Part shown: positions 10,906-20,783 of the stretch, in pieces
Position numbering within the stretch: position 1 is the stretch's first letter
Layout: the number at the start of each line of letters is the position of its first letter
Notes under the pieces: model-generated
The model's input: the letters and a program-made list of their open reading frames with translations, nothing else
Database searches by the model: none
Told to the model about the DNA's origin: nothing
Made by a program: the position numbers and the translations under genes
Assembly: GCA_029838195.1 (NCBI GenBank)
Contig: JALGVJ010000004.1
Span: 32,001 to 96,000 of the forward strand
Reading direction: 5' to 3'
Origin: Promethearchaeota archaeon
Lineage (GTDB): Archaea > Asgardarchaeota > Lokiarchaeia > Sigyniarchaeales > SOKP01
DNA length: 64,000 bases

Positions 10906-11155
10906 TATACACCAAACTATAATAATTATGAACATTATTAAATTTTTTCTCATTTTTTTCTCATTCCATGAAACATCATCATGCAACCCCTTCCAAAATA
11001 TTTAAAAATCCTAAATATGCCTAAAAATCTTATAAATATCCTTGTTTCTATCAAAAATATACAATTGCATGGTAAGGTTCGAATATGTATCTTTAGATCT
11101 CCCTCCTTAATCCAACATGTTTCCCCTTTTTCTCATCAAAAAAAAATCCCATTAT

Positions 11156-11172
11156 GAAGAACATTTATATAA
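11156..11172 (+). promoter_or_regulatory. Putative BRE/TATA promoter of tfb
   Basis: GAAGAACATTTATATAA about 70 nt upstream of the ATG. Confidence 0.45.
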
Positions 11173-11241
11173 GTGTTCCCATATAGATCTAAAATATAGA
11201 AAAAAATTTATTCCAATATAATTAATTGCTTATTAGGGCAC

Positions 11242-12180
11242 ATGCCATCTTCCGATCTTAATGATGATGAATTCCTTGACTCGAATGGCAATCCATGTTG
11301 CGACGCTCCTAAAATTAGTAAAGAGGATGGCTTCTATACTTGTTTAAATTGCGGATTTGTATATTCCCGCATTTTGGACAATAGCCCTTCAAGAGCATTT
11401 ACCCAAGAAGAAATACAAAAACGGAAAAGCAATGAGCGTGTCTATTCTCCCATAGGGCCGCGCACCGTTATTAAAGCCACCAGAGACGCCCGCGGCACCT
11501 TACTTAGCCCAAAACATAAATCCAAATTTAATAGATTGGCAAAAATCCACCGCTCTCTTACCACCAGTTATGAAAGAAACTTGTGGATTGCCCTCCCTAA
11601 TTTACAGCGCCTACAAAAGAAATTAGGCCTTCCCGAAACCGTGGCAGAAGATGCCCTTCGCATTTATACCCAATCCGTGAAAAAAAAATTAACCATGGGA
11701 AGAAGTATCGATACGCTACTCGCCGCCGCCATTTTTTGCGCTCTGAGAATCCATGGCATCCCCCGTACGATCGAAGAAATTACTAACGCCGCCCAAATTC
11801 CTAAAAAAAAGGTCATCAAAAGTTACCGCCTCATCCTCTATGACATCCTCCCCCACATGCATCTTAAAGTTCAACATTTCGACGCTCAACGATACGTCGA
11901 TAAATTCAATGATGATTTGAAATTGTCCATGAAATGCAGGAACCTCGCCGTGAAAATCATTCAGACCGCCAAGGAACAAGGATTTAATTCTGCAGGTAAA
12001 GATCCTAAGGGCATTGCTGCTGCGGCTATCTACATCGCAAGTAAAATGTGTTCTGAAATAAGAACGCAAAAAGAAATCTCATGCCTCGCTCAAGTCACAG
12101 AGGTAACACTTCGAATGAGGGTTAAGGATCTTGCTGCTAGGCTCGAAAAGTCCTCTCTCTTGAAAGATATTCAGAAGTGA
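11242..12180 (+). CDS. tfb: Transcription initiation factor IIB (TFB)
   Basis: N-terminal Zn ribbon (CC...CLNCG), ERNL, two cyclin repeats with GRS and GKDPKGIAAAAIY, terminal VTEVTLR. Confidence 0.95.
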   Translation: MPSSDLNDDEFLDSNGNPCCDAPKISKEDGFYTCLNCGFVYSRILDNSPSRAFTQEEIQKRKSNERVYSPIGPRTVIKATRDARGTLLSPKHKSKFNRLAKIHRSLTTSYERNLWIALPNLQRLQKKLGLPETVAEDALRIYTQSVKKKLTMGRSIDTLLAAAIFCALRIHGIPRTIEEITNAAQIPKKKVIKSYRLILYDILPHMHLKVQHFDAQRYVDKFNDDLKLSMKCRNLAVKIIQTAKEQGFNSAGKDPKGIAAAAIYIASKMCSEIRTQKEISCLAQVTEVTLRMRVKDLAARLEKSSLLKDIQK

Positions 12181-12687
12181 GCGATTCTCCTCCTTGATCT
12201 AACTTTTTTTCTGCCTTCTTTTATGAGTAAGAGATCCCCATGCCTTTTTCCTAGAGGCAATTCTCGTTGAGCTTCCTTTATAAATAAAGCAATCCGTTGG
12301 AGTGGCTCGAGACCCCCCGAAAAAATTAAGATCGAGGAAATAGGTGATTACCTTGAATGCGCTTGATAATCATGCGAGTCAAGCTAATTTAAGGAAAAAT
12401 TAACGAGTTTAGAGGAAGTGAGAGGGTAAAAATAATAAAAGAATTTCATTTAGAAGATTGAAACAATACATCGATTAATTTTAGTTTTTTATTTTTCCTA
12501 AGAATCGAAAGGACTAAAGTTTCTTGTAAAAATTGAAAGGTGAAGGTTTTTTGGATAATCACGTGATTAGGTCATGATAAATAAGGTTCTTGAGGATGTT
12601 TGAACAATTTATAATGATTTAATTTTAATAAAACAAGAATCAAATGAAATTTTAGAACATGGGCAGAATTCATAGATTATTGGAGAG

Positions 12688-15600
12688 TTAAGGGAGGTTT
12701 TGCAGTAGGATTTTTTCTTCGTCTAGGAGGGGTAATGCATTCAAGAATTTTTCAATTTGGCGGTGGAATTTGGTGATATGGTTGATTTTGGTTGTTATTA
12801 AGATGGAGAGGAGGGTCATATAAAAAGAATTTTCGATGATGGAGCGAGTTGAGCCGAGGTCTTGAAGGTATCGCTCGATATTTTTTTTTATAGTGGTTGC
12901 GGGGGTATTTATGGCGAAGAGAGAAAGTCCGTAGAGGGACAACAGGAGAGGGGAGGTTTGGTAATCATTTTTTTCCAAGTGTTTTATAGTGAGTTTTTCG
13001 TATTCTTCAGGGATTAAATTGAATGAGTGATTTGTATAGAGAGATAAGAGTTTTTGATAGATTCTTTTTTTGAGTGCTTTTCTCTTCCTGATTAACTGTT
13101 CAAATTCTTGTTTAGAGGTGTTAAATTTTAAATTGAGTTTTTCGAGCATTTGTTCAAGTTTAGTATTTAATTCGGGAGGAATTTGTTGAACTTCATATTC
13201 TTTTTTCCGTACGGGTGTATCTTCGAATGGTGTTGATTCAATGGTGGAAAAGAGTTGATTTAGAAGATTTTTTTCGGCTACAAAGAGATACCAATTTTGG
13301 AGCCAGGAATTGATGATTAATTTCGAGAGCCGGGAATTTTCATGGTCGAGGGCATTGAGGAAATGAGTTAATAATTGGTATTCAGGCGTTGAGATAAGAT
13401 CATTTTGGAATCTTTTTGCCATCTCATTTAGGACAGTTCTTGCGGAGTTTTTAGATTTATCCAAGGTAAGTATGAGAATGCCGAGCGTTAAAGCAAGGAG
13501 AGCTTGCTTATTTAGCTTTTTATTAAATAATACAGCAGAAGATTGTAGATAAGCCGTGGAGGCTTTATCGAGGTCATTTTCTTCAAGGGCATTTATGGCT
13601 TCTTCCCAATATTTTTTTTTCATTAATCTTCTTTTTGCTTCTTCGCTTTCATCCATTTTGAGGGATGGAATCAGGGCGTTTATTTCTTCCAAGATTTTTG
13701 ATTCATCGATGGTGGAGGTTAATTTTTCTTCCAGAATTACTTTTTCTTTTTCCCATCCCATGAGCTCACGGAACAATTCCGTTTCTTGGGGGAATAGAGG
13801 GAGGTATTGGAATAGTTCTAAAATATCTTGCTGAAGGGTCTCCTCTTTTAGTTCCATGGCGGTGGAGAGGAATCTGACGAGTTTTACGGGAAATGTTTCG
13901 GTGAATATCTTTTGATTCTTGGTGTGAGTTTCTAGGGTTGGTTTTATTAGGTGTGGGTTCTTCTCGTGAAGGTAGAGCAAGGCAAGGATAGCAAGAGATA
14001 CTCCTGCGAGGTTATATTTTTGAACGCCGATTAATTTTTTCAAGCTTTCTTCATACAGCTTTATTGCTTCGGGATATTGTTTTTGTTCGAGATTGTTAAG
14101 GGCTTGTTCGAAAAAAGCTCTTTTATATCCTAGCCGCTGTTTCATTTCTATTTCTTTATTTTGCCGGATATCTTGCAATTCTTGTCGCATGGAACCGATG
14201 CTTGCTATCAAAGTCTCTCGTTTCAAGGATTGTTCCATTTCTTTCGAGAGATGGGCTTCATATTTTTGGATTTTCTTGAATAGTTCAGATTTAATGGCAG
14301 AATCATCGATCTTATCGACGTATTCTTGCGCAGCAGAGATATCGCCGAGTTTGATATATTTTTCAGCGATTTTTTCGTGGATCTCATTAAAATTAAACAA
14401 TTCAGAACTCAAGTAAGTTTCCACGACCTCATTGGCTTTTCTTAATAGGGGTAAGATTTTATTTAGGAGTTCTTCCTCATCGTCAGTTTCTTGAGTTAAG
14501 AGAACAAGCATCTGATTTTTCAAGTATTTCACGTAAAAGCTTGATAGATTCTTTGATTCTTCGTATAAGGATAGATCTCGTAAAATGTTATTGAATTCTT
14601 GGAAAATTTTATTCATTTTAAAATAAACTATATTTGGAGCTTGAGTTTTTAGAGACTCGAGTAATAAATGAAAATTTTGGGTTAATAATTCTTTTTTGAG
14701 CTCGGCATCTAATTTATCATAAAATTTGAAATAAAATTTGAAAAATAGTGAGATGAGATTTCCTTTTGCGACAATGGACATTAAAAATTGAGCTAATTGA
14801 ATGATGAGTGATTTAGGTTTATCAATTTTGAGAAGAAAATCGATTTGGTTCTGGATGAGATGGTAAGCTTCAAGGAAATCCCCTTGTTTAATCTGTTGGT
14901 TTGCTCTTTCGATTATTTTTGTATTGTATTGTTCAATCAAGGAATTTTCATGGGTGATAAAATCTTGAAGGATGGCAATTCTTTCTTTCAATTTTGCTTG
15001 TTTTTGTTCCCTCCTTAATTTTTCACTCTCTTCTTCTTTTTTAGATGCTAAGTCTGCTAATTGTTTTTGTAACTCAAAAGAATTTATTTTATTAATTAAA
15101 GTGGAAGCTAATTCAAAACGGGAATTTTTTACGGCAAGATGTACGATTTTTTCAAGCATGAGATCGAGATTGACTTTCTCGATTTTATAAGTTGTCCATA
15201 AACGTTCTAATTCTTCTAAGAGGGTTTTTGAAGCCGAAAGATTTCCGGATTCAATTTCTTTTTCTAAAAGTTGTATTAAAAGTTGTTTGTGAAGGTTAAC
15301 AAATTCTTTTAAACTTTCAAATAATCCCTCTTGTTGATATTTCTTAATTGCGATTTCCAATTGAGTTTTAGCCAAATATAATTCATTAGAAGAGCGTAAA
15401 GAAGAAATAATGCTAAGAATTAATCCATCCATTTCAATTAAAAAGGATCTTCCCACGGCATGAGGAAGACGTTCTAAGAGAGCAAATGCATTTTCAAACT
15501 CATGGGCATGAATCCAGGATTTCATGGCTAATTTAAAAGCGCGAAAAATAATTTCATTTTCCATTAATTCTAGGGAGGCTATTTGTCCTGCTTGGGTGAA

Positions 15601-16416
15601 TTGTAAGGCAGAAGCTTCATATTTTCCCTTTTGGAATAATTTCTCTCCTTTTTCAATTTGAGATTCAATATATCTTTTTTTGTATTCACTTGCTTTTTTA
15701 TCATTAATACCCTCCAAGATCTTGCTAGCTTCTAAAAATAAATTAGAAAGGGCAAACAGATGAGCACATTTTTCAGAGATCACGTATAACTCATCTTTTT
15801 GATAAATATCTGCGATCATGGCAGCTTTTTTTAACGCTCGTGCGGCTTGGGAATAATTTTTTTCTCGATAAAATTTGTTAGCATCTCTCAAGAAAAACGG
15901 GAATCGCAACCAAGCATTTTCAATATTCAAGGGGGTCTCTCCATTTATCATTGCCAAGCAAGAGCATTGAAGAGCTTGGTAAAATTCATGTGGGGGTAAA
16001 TTAACGAAAGCTTCCATTTCAGGATAATTCAACCAAATAGCTTGGAGCAAATCAAGAGAATTAAAGGGAAGGACTCCATTATCATCATAGAAAATGATGA
16101 TGGTAGGAATTTCTCTCTTCATTGCTCTAATGATGGATATATTCATTTGAAATAGTTCTAATTCTTCTTCGTTGGTTGGATTAACGAAATAGAAGATTCC
16201 ATCAGAAATGGAAATGAGCATGTCATAATCTACATTAATGGGATCAGTTATGATATCTATATCAACTTCACACGTATCTTCTAGGATTTGGACCTCTTCG
16301 TGCCATTCCCAATACATGTTCAAGATTTCTGCTCTCTTTTCTCCATAGATAAGGGAAAAATAATTTATCAATTGGTCTGGATTTCCAAGAACTAAGATTT
16401 TAAACATGTAACGCAA
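12688..16416 (-). CDS. Large protein: degenerate small-GTPase-like N-terminal domain followed by a TPR/SNAP-like alpha-solenoid
   Basis: FKILVLG strand without GxxxxGK; DGIFYFVN and PTIII strands; repeated A/L-patterned helices; GAAGGTGA SD upstream of the TTG. Confidence 0.75.
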   Translation of the reverse strand: MRYMFKILVLGNPDQLINYFSLIYGEKRAEILNMYWEWHEEVQILEDTCEVDIDIITDPINVDYDMLISISDGIFYFVNPTNEEELELFQMNISIIRAMKREIPTIIIFYDDNGVLPFNSLDLLQAIWLNYPEMEAFVNLPPHEFYQALQCSCLAMINGETPLNIENAWLRFPFFLRDANKFYREKNYSQAARALKKAAMIADIYQKDELYVISEKCAHLFALSNLFLEASKILEGINDKKASEYKKRYIESQIEKGEKLFQKGKYEASALQFTQAGQIASLELMENEIIFRAFKLAMKSWIHAHEFENAFALLERLPHAVGRSFLIEMDGLILSIISSLRSSNELYLAKTQLEIAIKKYQQEGLFESLKEFVNLHKQLLIQLLEKEIESGNLSASKTLLEELERLWTTYKIEKVNLDLMLEKIVHLAVKNSRFELASTLINKINSFELQKQLADLASKKEEESEKLRREQKQAKLKERIAILQDFITHENSLIEQYNTKIIERANQQIKQGDFLEAYHLIQNQIDFLLKIDKPKSLIIQLAQFLMSIVAKGNLISLFFKFYFKFYDKLDAELKKELLTQNFHLLLESLKTQAPNIVYFKMNKIFQEFNNILRDLSLYEESKNLSSFYVKYLKNQMLVLLTQETDDEEELLNKILPLLRKANEVVETYLSSELFNFNEIHEKIAEKYIKLGDISAAQEYVDKIDDSAIKSELFKKIQKYEAHLSKEMEQSLKRETLIASIGSMRQELQDIRQNKEIEMKQRLGYKRAFFEQALNNLEQKQYPEAIKLYEESLKKLIGVQKYNLAGVSLAILALLYLHEKNPHLIKPTLETHTKNQKIFTETFPVKLVRFLSTAMELKEETLQQDILELFQYLPLFPQETELFRELMGWEKEKVILEEKLTSTIDESKILEEINALIPSLKMDESEEAKRRLMKKKYWEEAINALEENDLDKASTAYLQSSAVLFNKKLNKQALLALTLGILILTLDKSKNSARTVLNEMAKRFQNDLISTPEYQLLTHFLNALDHENSRLSKLIINSWLQNWYLFVAEKNLLNQLFSTIESTPFEDTPVRKKEYEVQQIPPELNTKLEQMLEKLNLKFNTSKQEFEQLIRKRKALKKRIYQKLLSLYTNHSFNLIPEEYEKLTIKHLEKNDYQTSPLLLSLYGLSLFAINTPATTIKKNIERYLQDLGSTRSIIENSFYMTLLSILITTKINHITKFHRQIEKFLNALPLLDEEKILLQNLP

Positions 16417-16536
16417 AAATGCTCACCTTCAAGTACCCATGAAAAACTTTTTAAATTCTCCTTTCGACATTTATTTTTAATTTAAAACATTATAATATTT
16501 TAATTGTATTAATAAGATCGTTTTATAATGATTTAA

Positions 16537-17217
16537 ATGGATTGCATTGAGGAAAATTGCGTTGAGAGAAATGCTCGATTGATTGAAGAGAGAATGATAG
16601 AGCAGATGGAACAATCCCTTGCGATAGGTAGGAAGTTAATCGATTCTGAATTAAATGCGGGAATTTTTGATTTTATTGTCAAGCCCATTGTTAAAACGTT
16701 TTATGATTATTGGAGTGAAAATGATGCACGGGAAGGTACCTTAGAACAAATTAAAGTCACTTTGGAATGCGGAAAGCTTTTATTACGTAATGGACTTTCT
16801 GAGGAAAATTTCAATAGCGTGATTGAGGAATATTTTCCGAAGTATTTGGCAGGAGACCAAACTTCCCGGCAGTGCAAGAAAAACCATAAAAATTACAAAA
16901 AATTAAAAGAAATCACGAAAAAAACATTTATTTCCCAAGTAAAAGAAGTCATCCCTCTTTTAAAAGTAGATCAGAAAGAAGGAGTGGAATCTTATGATGA
17001 TTTATGCAGGATCGCTTTAAAGACAAAAGAGAATGCTCATGAGAAATTAAGTCAACAATTTGAATTTACAGAAGAAGCCATTCAAATCGTAGAAAGAGAC
17101 ATGTCCATTTTGAAAATTCCCACGGGAAAAAAAATCATTTGTAAATCGTTGCGAAAAGGTTTTGAGCATACTAAAAAGGAATTAATGAAAGAAGTAGAAC
17201 GAATTTTTAATCAATAA
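16537..17217 (+). CDS. Hypothetical helical protein
   Basis: 226-aa ORF with normal coding composition and no recognised motif. Confidence 0.75.
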   Translation: MDCIEENCVERNARLIEERMIEQMEQSLAIGRKLIDSELNAGIFDFIVKPIVKTFYDYWSENDAREGTLEQIKVTLECGKLLLRNGLSEENFNSVIEEYFPKYLAGDQTSRQCKKNHKNYKKLKEITKKTFISQVKEVIPLLKVDQKEGVESYDDLCRIALKTKENAHEKLSQQFEFTEEAIQIVERDMSILKIPTGKKIICKSLRKGFEHTKKELMKEVERIFNQ

Positions 17218-17254
17218 ATTTATTATTCCTTGGTCATGAGTTAATTACATTACC

Positions 17255-18337
17255 ATGAGACACGTTCAATCTAAATCCAATGATGTATCCCCACGTGCGA
17301 TTTTTTTAAATCTGTTTACCATTTCCTTTATTATCATGGTCTACGTATCCTTATCTAATTTATTTGGCTCTTCTTCCACCTATTTCATTGAAACGCCGAA
17401 CGCACCACTGCTATTTGGAATATCCCTCATGATCTTTGCTTTTTTTTCTAATCTCGCCGGCCCTTATAGAAGCCTCATTGCCGGGGTTTTAGGAGAATTA
17501 TTATATCAATTTGCTTATTTAAACGTGATTCATGTAGAATGGTGCATTCTCATGGGCATATTTGGATTTATTTGTGGATTAAATGAATATAAACCTTTAA
17601 AATATCTTAAATTAAAGAATATTGTGGTCATGATACTTGTATTTTTCTTGGCTTCTCTGGGAGGCGCTTTAATTCTATTCCTTTTTAATCTTTTTTTGCC
17701 AGAAGGAGGAAGCTCGCCCGGCTCATCAATTTTTGACTCAACAGGGTATTTTATTCTTCATGGATTCATTTCTACAGTATTAGTATCCTTACCACTTTTA
17801 ATAGTCTATGATTTCTTTTTATCAAGGAAAGAACGCATTATTTATAATGAATTATTGACTCATCACTTGCCTTCTCAAAGTGATCATGCTTTCTATTTAC
17901 AATTTGGGAGAACTTATATTTTTTTTTGCTCTAGATGTTCAGGAGTCATTATTGGAGGATTATTTTCTATTTTCATTACCACGTTATTGGAAAATGGATT
18001 TAATATCATGATGAGTCCTGATTTCGCCGTGCTTGTTTGCATGCTACTCCCCATCCCTGGAATGATTGATTGGGGCACGCAAAGATTATTATACCGCACG
18101 AGCAATACGAGATTAAGACTCCTAACCGGATTCATTTTAGGTATTGCTTTGCATTTCATGTCATTTACAGCTAAATACGCATTATTCATGTTATTCTTAC
18201 TCATCTTTTATTTCAGTTTATTAGGAATATTAATTTATTTTGGACATAAAAGAGAATTAAAATTATCCCAAGAAAAAGAAGATAAAGAAGGTTTAAATAA
18301 TTCACCATCATTTGATAAAAATTTGATGGACCCATGA
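17255..18337 (+). CDS. ECF S-component-like membrane domain fused to a DUF2085-like membrane domain
   Basis: LAGPYRSLIAGVLGELL (S-component-like); HH...FFCSRCSG and DWGTQ...RTSNTRLRLLTG (DUF2085-like). Confidence 0.65.
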   Translation: MRHVQSKSNDVSPRAIFLNLFTISFIIMVYVSLSNLFGSSSTYFIETPNAPLLFGISLMIFAFFSNLAGPYRSLIAGVLGELLYQFAYLNVIHVEWCILMGIFGFICGLNEYKPLKYLKLKNIVVMILVFFLASLGGALILFLFNLFLPEGGSSPGSSIFDSTGYFILHGFISTVLVSLPLLIVYDFFLSRKERIIYNELLTHHLPSQSDHAFYLQFGRTYIFFCSRCSGVIIGGLFSIFITTLLENGFNIMMSPDFAVLVCMLLPIPGMIDWGTQRLLYRTSNTRLRLLTGFILGIALHFMSFTAKYALFMLFLLIFYFSLLGILIYFGHKRELKLSQEKEDKEGLNNSPSFDKNLMDP

Positions 18338-18813
18338 ATTTGATTTTTATTCACGGATTAGAAAGTTCGGGAAAAGGATTTAAGGGGAGATTTTTCCAAG
18401 AACAATTACCCGGTATTTTAACGCCGGACTTTACGGGATCTTTAAAACAGCGAATGGAACAGCTTCATTTTATTTTAGAAAAAAAAACTTCATGGGTAAT
18501 TATTGGTTCTAGTTTTGGAGGATTAATGGCTACATTATATACTTTTCATTATCCTCAAAAAGTTTTTAAACTAATTTTATTAGCACCACTTCTCACGGTT
18601 CCTGAATTAGAGCCGAGTAAATTATCTTCCATTGATACTCCTGTTATTTTATATCATGGAAAAAAAGATGAGATTATCCCTTGGAAAAAAACCTTCACGC
18701 GTGCAAAACAGCTTTTTAATAATTTAACATGCAATCTCGTTGAAGATGACCATCTCCTTCATGCAACGATAAAAAATATCGATTGGAAGCAATTAATTTA
18801 TCAAGGATCGTGA
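18334..18813 (+). CDS. YqiA-like alpha/beta hydrolase (esterase)
   Basis: FIHG, GSSFGG nucleophile elbow, HGKKDEII and DDH; 4-nt overlap with the upstream gene. Confidence 0.9.
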   Translation: MNLIFIHGLESSGKGFKGRFFQEQLPGILTPDFTGSLKQRMEQLHFILEKKTSWVIIGSSFGGLMATLYTFHYPQKVFKLILLAPLLTVPELEPSKLSSIDTPVILYHGKKDEIIPWKKTFTRAKQLFNNLTCNLVEDDHLLHATIKNIDWKQLIYQGS

Positions 18814-18940
18814 AAAATGCTTGAATTAATTTAAATTGATTATTAGTCAGAAATCAAGGAAAAAAGAAATGACGAAAATTCCTTTTCCCAGGCTAAATTT
18901 AGGATTTTTAAATAAAATTCATGATTAATGGACTCCACTT

Positions 18941-19020
18941 GTTTTATTAGTCATGAATAGTTTTTTCATTAGAGAGTACTACAATAAAATAGAAATACGG
19001 TTTTATTAGTAATGGAATAC
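18941..19020 (+). repeat. Degenerate direct repeat upstream of the Zn-ribbon/wHTH pair
   Basis: GTTTTATTAGTCATGAATAG (18941) and GTTTTATTAGTAATGGAATAC (19000), 59 bp apart; core TATTAGT also at 18841. Confidence 0.45.
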
Positions 19021-19216
19021 ATGGTTCATTGTGTAAGGAAAGAACTGATAAGATATTGATCGCTTAAAGAAGGTTATCAAAATAAGAAATAAGAAAAAAA
19101 TATTAATGCACGGATTACAAGCACTGGTTTTTTTGAAAAACAAAAAGGTTAAAAAGGTTTATAATGAAAAATACAAATCAATTTAAATTATTTTAAATAT
19201 ATTAAAGTGAGAATTA

Positions 19217-20752
19217 ATGGGAACAAAGGAAAACCCAAAAATTTACATTTGTTCGGAATGCGGCTATGAATTTCCCCTCGAATTGTCAAAATTAATAGAA
19301 AAAAACATCCAAGTCTATTGTGAGCAATGTGGAGCCCCTTTTGATTTAGAAGGAAAGACTTTTAGAGAATTGCCACGGGGATACTGGGAAGAAGAAAAGC
19401 GGGAAAGAATAAAAAGAAAGAGGGGGGAAAGTTTAGATAAAACAATTCAAGTCTTAAATAATATTTCTTTTATCCCCATCGTTATTTTTTCAATTATTGC
19501 TGTACTTTCTTCAATACAATTAATTCTAGCCCAACCCGAACAGTGGCTCTTGCTATTTTTATCTCGCATGATGGTGGGAGCCACAGGTTTGTTAATTTTT
19601 TATTATGATGCTCAATTTATTCATCCTAGGGTTAAAGATAAGATTTATACGGGAATCATTACCGATGCTTTCATTTTAGGGATATTGGGATGCGTGATCT
19701 ATGGAACGGGGGTAATCCTACTTATTAAGGGCGTATTCATTCTCATTAAAGTCGTCTCCGATGAGGAAGTAAGGAAAAAAGGGGTATTTGATTTTGGATT
19801 ACGATTAAAAAATTCACTTAATAACATTTCTGCTAAAGGCGGATTCTTGATAATTTTATTAGGATGGCACGATTTTTTATCAAATGCCTCTCGAATACCC
19901 GCGAAACCGTTGCTGCCCTTGTTTTGGGCATATTTATCCCTCACTATCATTTCCTCAGTGATTTTAATCCTTGATTGGAGCTTGTTAAGCAAAATAAGAA
20001 AGAAGAGCCAATTTAATTTCATGGATGCATTTGGACTAATGGTCCTGGGAATTTTAGCATGTTCATTTTACGGAGCAGGCGTCTTGATTTTATTGAAAAC
20101 AGCTGTTATTTTTGGATTGAGTTTTGGTACGCCGCCGCCACTTCCAAAAGAATCTAAAATTCCAGCAGTTTCGCCACCTCCTAAAGAAGCAATGGTGCCA
20201 GAAATAGAATATAGGAGGAGAGAAATCGAAGAGCCCGTGATAAAAGAACACCCCGTAGAACCCATCACTAAAAAAGAATCGTTTCCCCCTAAAGATGTAA
20301 GTCCTACCCTTCCCTCTCAAAAGGAGCCGATATTAGAAGCAAGAATCGAACAGAAAGAAATCCAGCGAGAATTAGATTATCAATTGAAGCTACATGAGTC
20401 TCTTTTACCCATTAAAAATGAAAAGGATAAAAATTTAATAAAAAAGTATTTCACGAAAATATTTACGGTTGTTTCAAAAGATATAAGAAAAAGAATGAAT
20501 GAATTAGATATTTCGAAAAAAGAGAAAAAAGAGCTCCTCCGAGAACTTGCATTTTTAACTCGTGAACAACAGATAAAATATTTGGAGGAGCTTTCTAATT
20601 TATACAGGGAAATTCCCGGCAAGTTAATCAACCGAATAAGAAAGCTTCCTAATTTGAAACCAGAATATCATGAACAAATAATAGAACAATTAAAATACAT
20701 GGATGAGGAAGAGCAAATAAATTTCATAAATTATCTAGAAAAAAAAGCGTAA
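19217..20752 (+). CDS. Zn-ribbon polytopic membrane protein with Pro-rich linker and C-terminal helical domain
   Basis: CSECG...CEQCG; duplicated TM bundle; PPPLPKES...PPPKE linker. Confidence 0.75.
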   Translation: MGTKENPKIYICSECGYEFPLELSKLIEKNIQVYCEQCGAPFDLEGKTFRELPRGYWEEEKRERIKRKRGESLDKTIQVLNNISFIPIVIFSIIAVLSSIQLILAQPEQWLLLFLSRMMVGATGLLIFYYDAQFIHPRVKDKIYTGIITDAFILGILGCVIYGTGVILLIKGVFILIKVVSDEEVRKKGVFDFGLRLKNSLNNISAKGGFLIILLGWHDFLSNASRIPAKPLLPLFWAYLSLTIISSVILILDWSLLSKIRKKSQFNFMDAFGLMVLGILACSFYGAGVLILLKTAVIFGLSFGTPPPLPKESKIPAVSPPPKEAMVPEIEYRRREIEEPVIKEHPVEPITKKESFPPKDVSPTLPSQKEPILEARIEQKEIQRELDYQLKLHESLLPIKNEKDKNLIKKYFTKIFTVVSKDIRKRMNELDISKKEKKELLRELAFLTREQQIKYLEELSNLYREIPGKLINRIRKLPNLKPEYHEQIIEQLKYMDEEEQINFINYLEKKA

Positions 20753-20783
20753 TAAATCAAACGTAAGAAAAGTTCAAGAAAAC

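Noticed and set aside
10906-10986. Hydrophobic N-terminal extension of the Rag-like GTPase as a membrane anchor
   Set aside because: Derives from a far-upstream TTG in AT-rich intergenic DNA; ATG at 10905 or 10881 is more plausible
12223-12366. Short ATG-initiated frame with one in-frame TGA (possible selenoprotein)
   Set aside because: No Cys/Sec redox motif, no recognisable homolog and no clear SECIS; easily arises by chance
18941-19020. GTTT-starting repeats about 59 bp apart as a mini-CRISPR
   Set aside because: Only two degenerate copies and no cas genes; kept as a possible operator instead
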